DNA of 64,000 nt, taken from NCBI GenBank assembly GCA_001949185.1, contig BDGG01000017.1:496001-560000 (forward strand). Reading direction: 5' to 3'. Position 1 is the first letter of the stretch, and each line of letters opens with the position of its first letter. Made by a program: the position numbers and the translations under genes. A model generated the notes under the pieces. It was not told the origin of the DNA. It searched no databases and was given only the letters and a program-made list of their open reading frames with translations. This document shows positions 25,035 through 36,390 of this stretch, one piece after another. The DNA is from Ramazzottius varieornatus (Eukaryota > Animalia > Tardigrada).

Positions 25035-25830
25035 CAGTGTTGCTCCAACATGACTTTTTCGATTCTAATTGCAATTACGATTAATCGGAATACTTCGAAC
25101 CGCAGCAATACCAATTGTCTGAGATTCAGCTCCGCTGAATTAGCTATTACAATTACTCGGAATTCAGCTCGCATCAGCAATTGAAATTATGGTTGCGGTT
25201 CATTTTTGAGATCTCAATATTCCCGAAATATCGTGTTCTAAAGCGACTTAAGCCCACGGTTCCACACGCGTGGAATGGATGTCGGATGTTTAGCTCAGAA
25301 CATGTTGTACTCAAGACGTTGAAAACGGATGCGCTGATGGATGCAGGTATTTTAATGCTTCCTGAAACCTTGCGCGTACGTCGTCGTACAGAGGAAACAT
25401 CCCTTAGGGTGTTGGTAGTTAAAAATATCGGGACCAGGGTTGAACTTCGCGCGTACATCGATGCACCGCGCGTGATTCGCAAAACAAAACTGTAAGCCTC
25501 GTACTTTTCTCCGTCGTGCGACATGCACGTACGCATACATGTTCGCCCAATCAAGCGCCAAAGACACCCAGAAACTCCGATACTTGGGACACCCACGTGC
25601 GTTTTACCGCGCTGTAGGGCGCAAACTCAATAATCTGAATGGTCACATTGCTTATTTTAATTACCAATTACAACTTTTTCCGTTTTCGGAATTCTAGTAC
25701 AATTCCAATTAATATTGGAATTACCCAGCTTGGGATTCCCAATTTCAATTGTCGTATTGGAATTCAAAAACGGTCGTTTTCGGCCATTTTCAATTATACT
25801 CTATCAATTGTAATGATCAGAGCAAAACTG
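25035..25830. mobile_element. Non-autonomous hAT-type element, copy 2
   Basis: TIRs CAGTGTTGCTCC/AGAGCAAAACTG, perfect 8-bp TSD ctgttttt at 25027-25034 and 25831-25838. Confidence 0.9.
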
Positions 25831-26527
25831 CTGTTTTTACTTGTAGCAAGAATCACCTGCCCGTACCGCCATAGCGAATGGGCAGGTGGTTCTTGCTAAT
25901 TCTTACTGGCCCATAATATCCCGTCGTTCGTGTACCAAAACCGTTACCATCACCAATACGTCGTTTTACCATGTTTGTGCAGGGTTGGAATCACCCAGAG
26001 ATTATCGGCTGATTATCGGCGGATGCCCTGCGCTCGTTGCGCCATCTGGGCGAGACTACCACAGCAGGTAGCAAAAGACAGCCTGACTACAGGTCTGCCC
26101 AGCCATATTGGAAACTACTGTATGGTCTTTATTTGATAGCTCGAGCAGTGAACCGTCGAGTTCGCCCGCTTGCGGCAGTAAAAAAATCATTTTCTCCACA
26201 ATCCGAGATCAAAATGTTTCTTGTAAGGGGCTCCGACCATTTTTCTCCGGCGACCATCGCACCCAGAACGCAGTCAGTTCTGCTGTAGGCTCTACCACGA
26301 CATTGTTTCGTGCTTACTCACTCCCTCTCCACCGGTCTCTTGGAAACATTCTGCTTCTTGTTCTGCTAGCAATTTCCGTAGGTTTGGCTGAGTTTTAGTA
26401 GTACACGACAGCGTAGCAGTCACGCGTTGATGAAGAAGGAAGCACTTGAAAACATGAGCTCAAATGGCCCAGGGCCATTACCGTTCACCCAGACATAACA
26501 AAGTCTATCTGCTGCTGCTGCTTATTA

Positions 26528-27009
26528 GTCCTGCTCACGACAAGCCGTAAAACTCCGTTGATTGTGTTGATCTCGAAAGTGGATTAGGAAGTTTCGTTTT
26601 CAAGATAAGCAGCCCCGCTGCCCTCGAGTAGCTTATCTTGAAAGCGAAAACGGATTATTTTCTGCACACTTGACTCAAAAGTTCAAATTTTCATTTTTCA
26701 GCTGATCTCTGTCTGCACAGTGCTTCACGTTGCGAGGTACCGTTTCACGTATGAGCTTCTTGATACCTATTAGTGTCGGGGATATCGGAAGACAGAGACT
26801 AGCCAGAGAGAAAACCATGAATTTCAACCTGGTCAGGAGGCAAAGTTTGCCTACAAACCTACCCCGCAAAACTCGCGCATTCCCGCTCCCGTTTCCGAGA
26901 CTTTCGAAAAACGCAATTTTGCCTCACTCACGACTAATTTCCGTTGATCAAGCAAACTCAAATTTTGAATCAACCGTTTGCGACATAATCAGCTCGTCGT
27001 GAGGAGGAC
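26528..27009 (+). mobile_element. 482-bp non-autonomous DNA transposon (TA-flanked), copy 1
   Basis: TIR GTCCT(G)CTCACGAC/GTCGTGAGGAGGAC. Near-identical inverted copy at 57485-57966. Confidence 0.85.
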
Positions 27010-27807
27010 TATTGATCAGCAGGCCAGCACTCTGTTTAAAGCTCGGTAGGGAACCCGGCCAGAAAACAATTGCTTTCATTGCGAGTTGAGGAACCTACTG
27101 CAGCACTTGTACGTGACCAACAAGTGACACCACTTCACAATCCCGTGTGGCTCTGTTTCAGGAAAGCTGACGCACATATGGCTTCATCACATTCCTCCGC
27201 TCGACACCGGCTATAGCTACTTGATACGTGTGCTGCGCCGGCCAACTTGGATTCTATTCTGTAGTCATAAAAGAAAAACTTCCTTGTTTATATTTACCCA
27301 TCGTCCCGCAGTGAAACATTTCGTTCAAGACGCTCGCTTCGTTTCAAGGTAAGTAACAAGTGCTGTGGTTATTGATAGATTACACAAGAAAATTAGGTCT
27401 CCACTGAAATGGCATACGCCTATCTATTTTGTGGAACTATGCTGAGTCTTTGTACAGTATGCAGTACTGTGTACGAATAATCAACAGTGTAGCACCTTAT
27501 TGCCGCCGGCCTGATTTTATTCCAATGTAATTTCCTTATTGCATATCCTGTCTTACTCATAACACTAATCGACGAGCTATAAGGAAAAAGCGGTTTGGTG
27601 GCTCTTGTAGTCATCGTGCTGAAAAACAGTAAACATTTGTAGTGGCCTATAAGACAGCAACTTTCAGTTTCACCTCCAAGTGTTTACGACGACAGTTGAG
27701 TAATTTTCATCTCCAGCACCCCACTCTAAATTCTTTTGCTTGCTATCACAACTGGTTAACAACTTATTCTTTCAGCTTACTTCGAAAGGAAGTCTCGCTC
27801 ATCAGTC

Positions 27808-29192
27808 ATGGATCGGTTTTTGCAAATCTCAATTGCTGTGCTGTGCCTGCTCGCTGTTGTGTACGCGGATCCTCCGGCTGACGTGAGTAAACTTATGGTT
27901 TTTATCTAATTAATCTCTCGTTCTCAAGTGACTTCTGTTCATCTCGGATCCAAAACTTCTCAGAGATTTTGAAAGAACATTCATGCCACTTTCCATCAGG
28001 TAATTGATGCTGAGCCAGAAAGCTATCAGGTTGCGTTGAGTTTTACCAGTAGGAAGAGCTTCCTGGTTCAGGTTGTTTTCGTCAGCTTTTCTGTCGTTTT
28101 CCTAAGCGTCTCTAATACGAAGAACTGAAGGGGAAGGTCTTCACGCATCACTCAACCTTCAGTCGAGTCATGTGTCTCGATTCACCGCATGAAACTGAAT
28201 AGTTAATTTGGTACAGGTTAGAAAACAGTAACCAGTATCGCACGACATTTTGTTCGAAGTGGCAAAATATTGTGCTTGAGTTTCTCATCGATTTTCTTTC
28301 ATAATCGAAGAAGTGTTTGAAAGCTGAAAGCTCGATTACGGTCTTTCCTGTTTGCTGCATGGCGCGGCCTAATTCCCTGCTTGCCGAAGGGACAGGTACC
28401 TATTTTATGCATAATCACAAAAATCGAAATCGATAAAGAGTGAATACAGACGACACCTGGACGCTTTACCATCATTTTTCTCGTCACGCTCTGATGGGAT
28501 TTTCACCTGTCCCTGTCAACAAGTCTATTGATTACGATCATTCGATCGCCAGGACCTCTCATCGAACGGGGGCCTGGCTAAACAAACTCGACGGCATCGC
28601 CGCTCTAAGTGGCGCACGCATCCAGCCGAAAACACTGGTAACATGCGCCACTTGCAAGAGCAATCTTGCTGGCGTTTTTATCCAGTGGCGCACCCTTTCA
28701 GCTTTTATTACCAACGACATGCGCCACTTGGGAGATAATCCTGTACTGTCTATTGCCAGCCAGAGGCGTACGGTAATACCATAGGCAAAAACAGGGACAG
28801 CTCCAATTCCCATGTTCTGTTTGCAGGTGAACCACATGAACCGCCAAATCAACCAAGCTGCCGCGGCTGTCATCCAGAATGCCCAGGCCCAACTGAACAA
28901 CAGCATGAATTCGGCGCAGCCAGGTTCTTCGGTGGCCGTCAGCTGCAGCTCGGACGCTCAGGGTAACAGCAACTGCCAGAGGAAGACGGTGGATGCCGCC
29001 GGGAATACCAACATCATCAACACTTCCGGACAGTCTCAGCCAGGTGGCGCGGTGGTCTCTTCCAGCAGCAACAACAACGGCGCTCAACCCGCGGGTGTGC
29101 ACACAACCACTATCAACGGAGGAACCACCTTGAATTGTCTCTGTTCTATTCTTTCGGTTCTATCCATCTATCTTGTTAGTCGTTTGCTGTAA
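27808..29192 (+). CDS. Orphan secreted, probably GPI-anchored N/Q/S/A-rich protein, 146 aa (exons 27808-27882, 28827-29192)
   Basis: Signal peptide MDRFLQISIAVLCLLAVVYA, phase-0 gtgagt...ttgcag intron, low-complexity body, hydrophobic tail LCSILSVLSIYLVSRLL. Confidence 0.75.
28577..28750. repeat. Intronic palindromic element family A
   Basis: Arms at 28607/28644 and 28683/28720, both N27. Confidence 0.85.
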
Positions 29193-29701
29193 TTATCTCT
29201 TCTTCCATGTGGGACACTCTATCAAGGAGGACAGGCTGTTTCTCCTGTTTGAAAGTATGCTAATGTGGAAAGTGCCGTATTATCGCGTTACCTTGTTCTC
29301 AGATGTTCTGTCGTACGTAAAGCAATCGTGTCATACATAAATCAACCGCACAAGTCTTCGATAGTTACGGTGCCGGGAAGCCGAAGAAACGACGGTGTCA
29401 TCGCGATAACGGAAGGAGAACCCGAATGTTAAAACTTATCAAAACTAAAAATAGATAAACTTTGCAGACTCAAAATAAATCCTCCTATACTATTTTCGTA
29501 GAATCTGATACCTCTCGGTTTGCCTTGTGTAACGCAATCCGCGGCGCTTGCAGAACTAGACAGCTGCGGTAAAAAAGTGAGATATTGCCATGAGAAAAAT
29601 TACGTACTAATTTTGTGATAGCAGCATTGATGAGAAGGCACGGGTGTAAAAGGCACTACGCATGGCAAAACGGGCTATTGGCGTGGTCTTGTGTCATACC
29701 C

Positions 29702-32700
29702 TCAAGGAACCACCAACTTGGTGATTTCCAAAAAGATGGAGGCCAGTTCCAGTGGTTGATCCTCACGATCCAGCAGCTGCACATGTCGGAAACCTATAAA
29801 ATAGATTAAGAAACCTCCAAACTCATAGCAGTGCTTTCTTCATGATTGTGACACAACGAAGGTCAACTGACCTTCTTGTATGCAGCTGAAGGGAATGCTG
29901 TACTGCCCGATGGTCGGGTTATGCGACGTGTTATCCTGGTCTTTCACTTTCATCCTCAACACCGCCATCTCCGGATAGTTGACTCGAAAGTCCATCTTTT
30001 CATTCCAATAGGGGTTGAACCCTACGAAGAACATGAAAGAAAGAGTCTTCAACTTGCACCGGACACCCTTGATTGGAAAAGTAAGCGCGGTGGTGAGATC
30101 GGCCAACACGACCTAGGAGTCCTTTTCGAAAAGCTGCAAACTCCCTCAACCCAGAAAATACAGGACATGGTGAATGCAGTAACATGAAAGACGTTCAAGC
30201 GTCTGCGTACCGTTGTTTTTGACGACGGCACTGCGCATCTTCTTCTCGTCCACTTCTCTACCAATGACTTCCACAGTGACATACGGGTCCACTACGTCCT
30301 TATGCGGTGACCCAAGCGGTTTCGGCAGTCGTTGTCCACTGATGATCCTCACTGTCAACATCCAGGGTCTCCTTGACGCTTCGAAGAGGTCGACATCCCA
30401 GCCGTGTATCCGCATGAACTCGGGTTTCAGCAGATATCCACACCCGCCATTATCCATGAAGAGGGCATTGTAGGCGTCCGTATTCTTGTTGAGGTTCTGG
30501 TAGTTCAGCGCCACAATCTGGCATCCGGCTTCCAGGATGGGCAGGGCGTTGAAGTTGGACGAACTGAGACGGGTGGCGGCGGGATAGACGCGCACCAGTT
30601 GGCGCTGACAGTGCTCGATGATATCTTTACGTTGCCGTTCCAAAAGAGCGACGATCTTGGACTCGGATACCGAACTACACTCAAAATACTTCCCTGTAAT
30701 TTAAGTTGGAATTATGTGATGGATATTGAGCGGAAACCGGCAACGTTAAACACCTGCATACAATTGGCTGTACATTTGTACAGTAAACGCGTATGTAGGT
30801 GCGTGCAAATGAAAATTATAGTAGGCAAATTAGAAAGTGTTTTCTTTTCACCATTTTTATTGTTGGCGAAACCGCCGAATTTGGTGGCTTTCAAGAAGAC
30901 ACAGTCGGACAATCTTTTGGAGAGCTTGATGGTTTCTTTAGACTTGCTGGCTTTCTCTACCACCTCTTCAACTTTCATTTCCGGCGTCGATGTGACTTTC
31001 ACCGTCTCGTCAACCTCGTCGGGACTCTCGGTGTCGCTGGCCACTTCCGCGTCCTCTTTGACTTCCTCTGGTAGCTTCTTTGCCTTGATTAATACCTTGT
31101 TCTTCAGCTCGTTAGGGGACAGGGCTTTCTTTCCAACCGGGCCGGCGAAGAGCTGATCTTTCAGGTGCGTGTGAAGGTAGGCTGCCATGATGTCCTGTTG
31201 GACGATCGAACAGTGATTTTCCAAGGACAAAATCACCGGATACCTAACACGACAGATTACAGTGGCTTACGTACCACACCAACTTCTCCCATTAAATTTT
31301 GGCTTTAAGCTCGACAAGACTGCTATCTCAAGTGGCACACTTTTTCATTGTTTCTGGCTGGCTGAAAGCGTGACGCCATTCGGTAAACTCGATAATAATG
31401 TTTACCAAGTGGTGCATCTTCTCGGCGTGATTAGCTGGTGGCATGCGCCACTTGGGAAAACGACCGGTCCAATATGTCAGGTTTTTTGTCCAAGCTTCCT
31501 TCTCAGCTTCTTACGAGCAATTCTGACAATGATAATCTGAGAATACAGTACACGCATCTGACCCAATTATTGGCCGGGACCAACCGAAAGCGGCAGCTGC
31601 CAGCCAAAGTGGTCGATCAATGGAAGCGATGGCTCTTTCGGCAGATGGCCAATACCTTTTCCCAGCCGATATTTAGTTTAATTACGTGCATCTTACTCGG
31701 ATGTCTTGAACCCGTATTCCGCGATGACTTTCACCACGTCTTCGAAGCGAATGGAAGTTGTCATGGTGTTACCATGAGTGATGATCGGGTCGCCGTCGTC
31801 TCCGTCCCAGCAGTCGACTACGCACGGCACATAAAAAGTAGATTTCTTCCGGAAAATAACCATGAATGCGTATTCTAGATTCCACCAGTTTACGATACGT
31901 ACTTTCGACACAGCGACATCCCTTCAGAAGGCAGGCTATATACGCCTCGATACTACTGGTCCCGGCGATCTGACCATCCATAAGATAGCTGTTATGCGAG
32001 GACGCGATGAAGTAGTCGGTCAGCGGGTTCCCCATATCCTGACAGACCACCGACCGTTTCGGATCGAACAGCAAGAACTTCGGGCTGTTCAGCAGATTCA
32101 CCAGACCGTCTAGCGACAGTTTCCACGCTTCCTTATTTTCCTTGACCGGCTCGAAACCCACGATCAAGGCCTCACAAGTCTCCTTCGTCACATCCTTCTC
32201 CTTCTGCCTCTCTACTAAGAACCTGGTGAGGTCCCCGAGGGTCCAAAGATACTGGCTCTTATCGCTCAAGAATTCCTCGAATATGTCTTTGATTTCTGGC
32301 CGCCCTGAGATTAACCTGTACAGTCGCTGAAAGCCGGCGTAATCTAGGACTGGAATGTTGTTGGAAGGGTGGGTTGTCGGTTCTGCAATGTCGAAAAGCA
32401 GCCGCACTTCCGCTGGCGACCTAGCTTTGATGTTCATGTTGTGGAGAAGTGTAATGGTTTCGCTTAGGTTAAGGTAACTATCGACGTTCTTGTCTGCTGC
32501 GTCAAAATGCCACCTCAGCCACCTGCAAGGAAGGAAGCGAGATGAGTAATCGACAGGTAAGGTAGCATCGCACCTGCATACATAAGCACAGCGGTGAATG
32601 TCGAGCCGGATGTACGCCGGTGCTTGATAGACTTTAAACTGTCAACCTTTCGTTATGACTGCAAGTATGTTGTTTGTACCCGTTAATTTTGGTTTCTCTG

Positions 32701-33480
32701 TCAGCTTTTGCGTGTTGGTTGACCAATTGTTCCAAGGTGCTGGTCCAGGTGTGGCACGAGGCTTTATCGCGAGCCACGAGGTCCATGATTCGACCATTGT
32801 GCAAGACGATGGAGAAGCAACGATCTTCTGGGAACTTCTTCCGGAACTTCTCGGATTTCTCCCGCCGGTTGAAATTGTCGGTACTGTAGCCTTTCCGAAC
32901 CTCTCGAACACGGGAGACATCCACTAAAAAACGTAACTTGATTCATGTGGTAAACAACAGCACAACACACATTCAGCAAATGAGAGCTCGTCCATCGAAC
33001 TGAGCAAGACTCGTTTCCCAAGTAGCGCACGCTCACAGTATTATTGGCTGGTAACCTGCGCCACTAAGAGCGACTTCATCTGCCCAGGCAAACCGCATGC
33101 AGTCGCGCATGACGACAACGATCTTATTACTATATTGGGCGGTTACAGGAGCAAGAGCACATGATGTCACGCGCATACCTGATCGAGGGAAGGCGTAGCA
33201 GCCGGCTGTTGAGCCTTCGTAGACGATTGATTGATAGTTGGGCTTCAGCCGGAAATGCCGTCGCACTTTGCCATTGCTGCCTTTCAGCTTGATCAGTTTC
33301 GTGCCTTCCACCAGTTCTCCCACACAATCCGGATCTAGACATTCTCAAATTACACGGAATCGAGATCTTTTTCAAACCGCTAAAAACTTGGCACTCACTG
33401 AAGTCAAGCTTGGCATCCTTTGAAGCAGCGTCGCCAGCAGCTTTCGGGTCGACGACAATTGCGGTTTTCTCCGCGGCCAT
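29702..33480 (-). CDS. PLCD: Phosphoinositide phospholipase C, delta-like; multi-exon, paralog 2
   Basis: PH (LVEGTKLIK), EF ([14 protein letters not shown]), X box ASSHNSYL...GCRCVE|IDCWDG...HGNT, Y box [17 protein letters not shown]...[11 protein letters not shown]2 ending GFRHVQL...KLVVP*. Confidence 0.93.
31302..31485. repeat. Intronic palindromic element family A
   Basis: Arms at 31407/31444 (N27) plus a degenerate unit at 31330. Confidence 0.75.
32995..33090. repeat. Intronic palindromic element family A (single unit)
   Basis: Arms at 33020/33057, N27. Confidence 0.7.
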
Positions 33481-34058
33481 TTCCCGTCACGTTTCACCTT
33501 CCCGCTGATCAATGCTACACTGTTTCACACAATGACCAATCCATACTCCAGTCCTTCCATCGAAGAGAGGCGATCGCTGCTCAGGACGCTGTTTCAACTT
33601 GAACTTGAACCTGCAAACATCAGCGAAAACGTCAACAATGCTCTCTTCAATCAAAACGATGCATCAGCACATTCCCAATCAACTCGCCCAGTGATTTGTG
33701 CGCATTGCGCAATACACTGTGCGCACTGGCGATGAGTTAGTGCACTATGGACATCCAAGTGGACCACGCCCTGTTTAGAATGCTCTGACCTTTTGACAGA
33801 CCAATCCGTTTATCTATCCCCAATTCTCAAAATTCTCAGAATGACCTGTTTACAATCATGCTCGCTGAAAGGCAGACAGCTGGCAGAAACTTTAGTCTGC
33901 GGGTTTAGGTCTGACAAGCAGAGACAGCCACCCGAGTTTAGGCAGTCCGACCGGAAGTTAAATCCGCTCTTTGCGCCCATGCTCGACCTCCGTCCCTTTG
34001 GAGCCCACTCTCGCCACCGGAATCTCCAGCACGATTTTCTCGTAGAACATCACTCCAG

Positions 34059-36085
34059 ATGCCTCCTCGAGATCCCTCCAAGAAGAGTAAGTTCTCCTTC
34101 AAAACATTAACGATGGCGACTGACAATTCAAGATGGTCCTCCAATCTTTCCGTAACCTTTTCTTAAGAATTCCCTAGTTAGCACTGCTGTACAGATTAGA
34201 CTCACAACCTATTCAATCGATTTTGTACGTCTTTGGTGGTTTTTTTTCATGAACTGTATATATAAAGATTTTCAGAACGATGATCTAAAATCTATGGCCT
34301 GGTTGGAATAACTTGATTGATCACATACTACGTTCTAACTAAAAGTGTTCATTCGACGTTCTCTCCCAGAGTACTCCCTGGTTTTCCCAGAAATCTCGTA
34401 TCGTTCCGTTTAACCCCTGAAAAGCCAACTGTATTTTTGTGCGTGTCTTTACAGAAGCTACCTATGTGCCTAACTACATGTCCAAAGAGGCGGTGGAACC
34501 CTGCGTCGTTTGTGGTGCCGCCGCCACCGGATACCACTACCGAGCCTTGACTTGCGAAGGTTGTAAGGTACGTCCTGTGACTTCCTATCTCCTCTGGTGT
34601 TCACTGTGGGCTTGATAAGAGGATTTTAAGACTGTGATTTCTTTATAGGGTTTCTTCCGAAGGACGCGACAGAAAGGTCTGGAATCGCAATACAGCTGTA
34701 AAATGAAGGGAAGCTGCGTCATCAACGTTTCCACCAGGAACCAGTGCATGTTCTGCCGCTACACAAAGTGTGTCAACGCCGGAATGTCCATCGAGTGTAA
34801 GTTCTGCTGTTCCGCAATGTCTCGAAGTTGGCTTGAATTGCTTTCTGTTTTCACAGTGGTGCTGGACAAGGATCAGCGCATGGCTAAACGCCAGCTGATC
34901 GAAGAGAACCGTGAGCGAAGAAAGATGGGACAACTACGGGCCAAAATCATTCACGACCTGATTACCAACAAGATGACTGACACGGATCGAAGCCTGATCC
35001 AGGCGATGATGGCCGTCTTCTACAAAGTCCTCGCTCCTCAGCCTATCATCGCAGAGGTACTGTACAGGTAACCGAAACCTGGGCAAATAACTCGACAGGA
35101 CTCTTATTCCAAGTAGCGCATGCTTTCATCCGATAACCACGAGAACGTGCGTCACTTCAGTATGCAATCTTGTCGAAGTTTCCCGGAAGTGGCGCAAACC
35201 TCCGGCTGATAAAGCCGGCAAGGTGCGCCACGTGAAAGAACAATCCTATCGAGCTTGTTTACCGAACTTCCAGGCATTCTCTTTTCTTTGTCCGAAAGCT
35301 AACCGGTATTGTAAACTTTGAGTGTTTCGTGGCAGAATGTGGATGGCTTCGATCAGCAGACGGTATACGACGCGTATTCCATGGCGGAGCGGGCCATCGA
35401 GAAGCTAGTCCACTTCACAGCCAGCATCCCAGGCTTTCGCCAGGTAAGTTCATTGCGGTTTTGAGATATTTTAGTTTGAGGCTGAAAGATATGGTATGTT
35501 AGCTGGCGGACTCGGATCAGATGCTGTTGATGAAGACGTGCTGTCTGGAAATGATGGTTCTTCGCGCCGCGTTACGCTACGACAAGGCTTCCGGTTCGGT
35601 GGTCCTCTGTAACGGCAGGTTCGTCAACAAGCTGACCTTCACCAATCCCATGAATGAGGATGAAGTGCTGGCTCGAGGTTTAGCGCGCTTCGCTGATAGT
35701 CTCGCCCGCCACAACGTCGATATGGCGGAAGTGGTCCTCATGATGGGTCTCATGCTAACCAACGGTAAGAGCGTCCTTCCGTCTCCAAGAAATCTACGGC
35801 TATAGACCTACTTTTTCAGTGCGCTCATTTCTTGCAGCTCGTTTGCCAAAAGTGAAAGGTGTGGAAGCTCTGCAGCAAATCAACGGCGAAATGACAGGTG
35901 CTCTTCGACGTTATACGGCGGAAACCTACCCCAACGAGTCTTCCCGCTATGGGCGTATCCTGATGAAGGTGCTGGAGCTGCGCACCTTGTGTGGCCTCAA
36001 CGGCGAAAAATTCTTCTCCACTCGACTGGACGGCAGGAACACCACGCCCTCCATCATTTTCCAGACAATCTTTTTCGTCAAGTAG
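34059..36085 (+). CDS. THR: Thyroid hormone receptor ortholog (NR1A), multi-exon; start exon tentative
   Basis: YVPNYM...[22 protein letters not shown]|GFFRRT...[10 protein letters not shown], hinge [48 protein letters not shown]. These are TR-specific signatures. Confidence 0.9.
35085..35262. repeat. Intronic palindromic element family A
   Basis: Arms at 35111/35148 and 35187/35224, both N27. Confidence 0.85.
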
Positions 36086-36390
36086 CATCTCTCCGCTGAC
36101 TCCCCGCACTGTTACTCCTAACACAGCTTCGTTGGTTAGCGTCTTCCTAGACATTTATAAAGCAGGTACTACCATAATCTCCTGCACCTAATAATCGTGC
36201 TAGTATGCTGCAAATTTTTTCACTATTTTTCGAGAACATGAAACTGAATATTCTGTGTGTTCATACAATGTAACATTTTATCCCCATAAAGCTCTGGATA
36301 TGAAGGCGAGAAAGGCAGAATATATATATATGAATATACTACATGTACACCACTTTCCGGAAATAAAACGAGAAAATGTGAGCAGACAGG

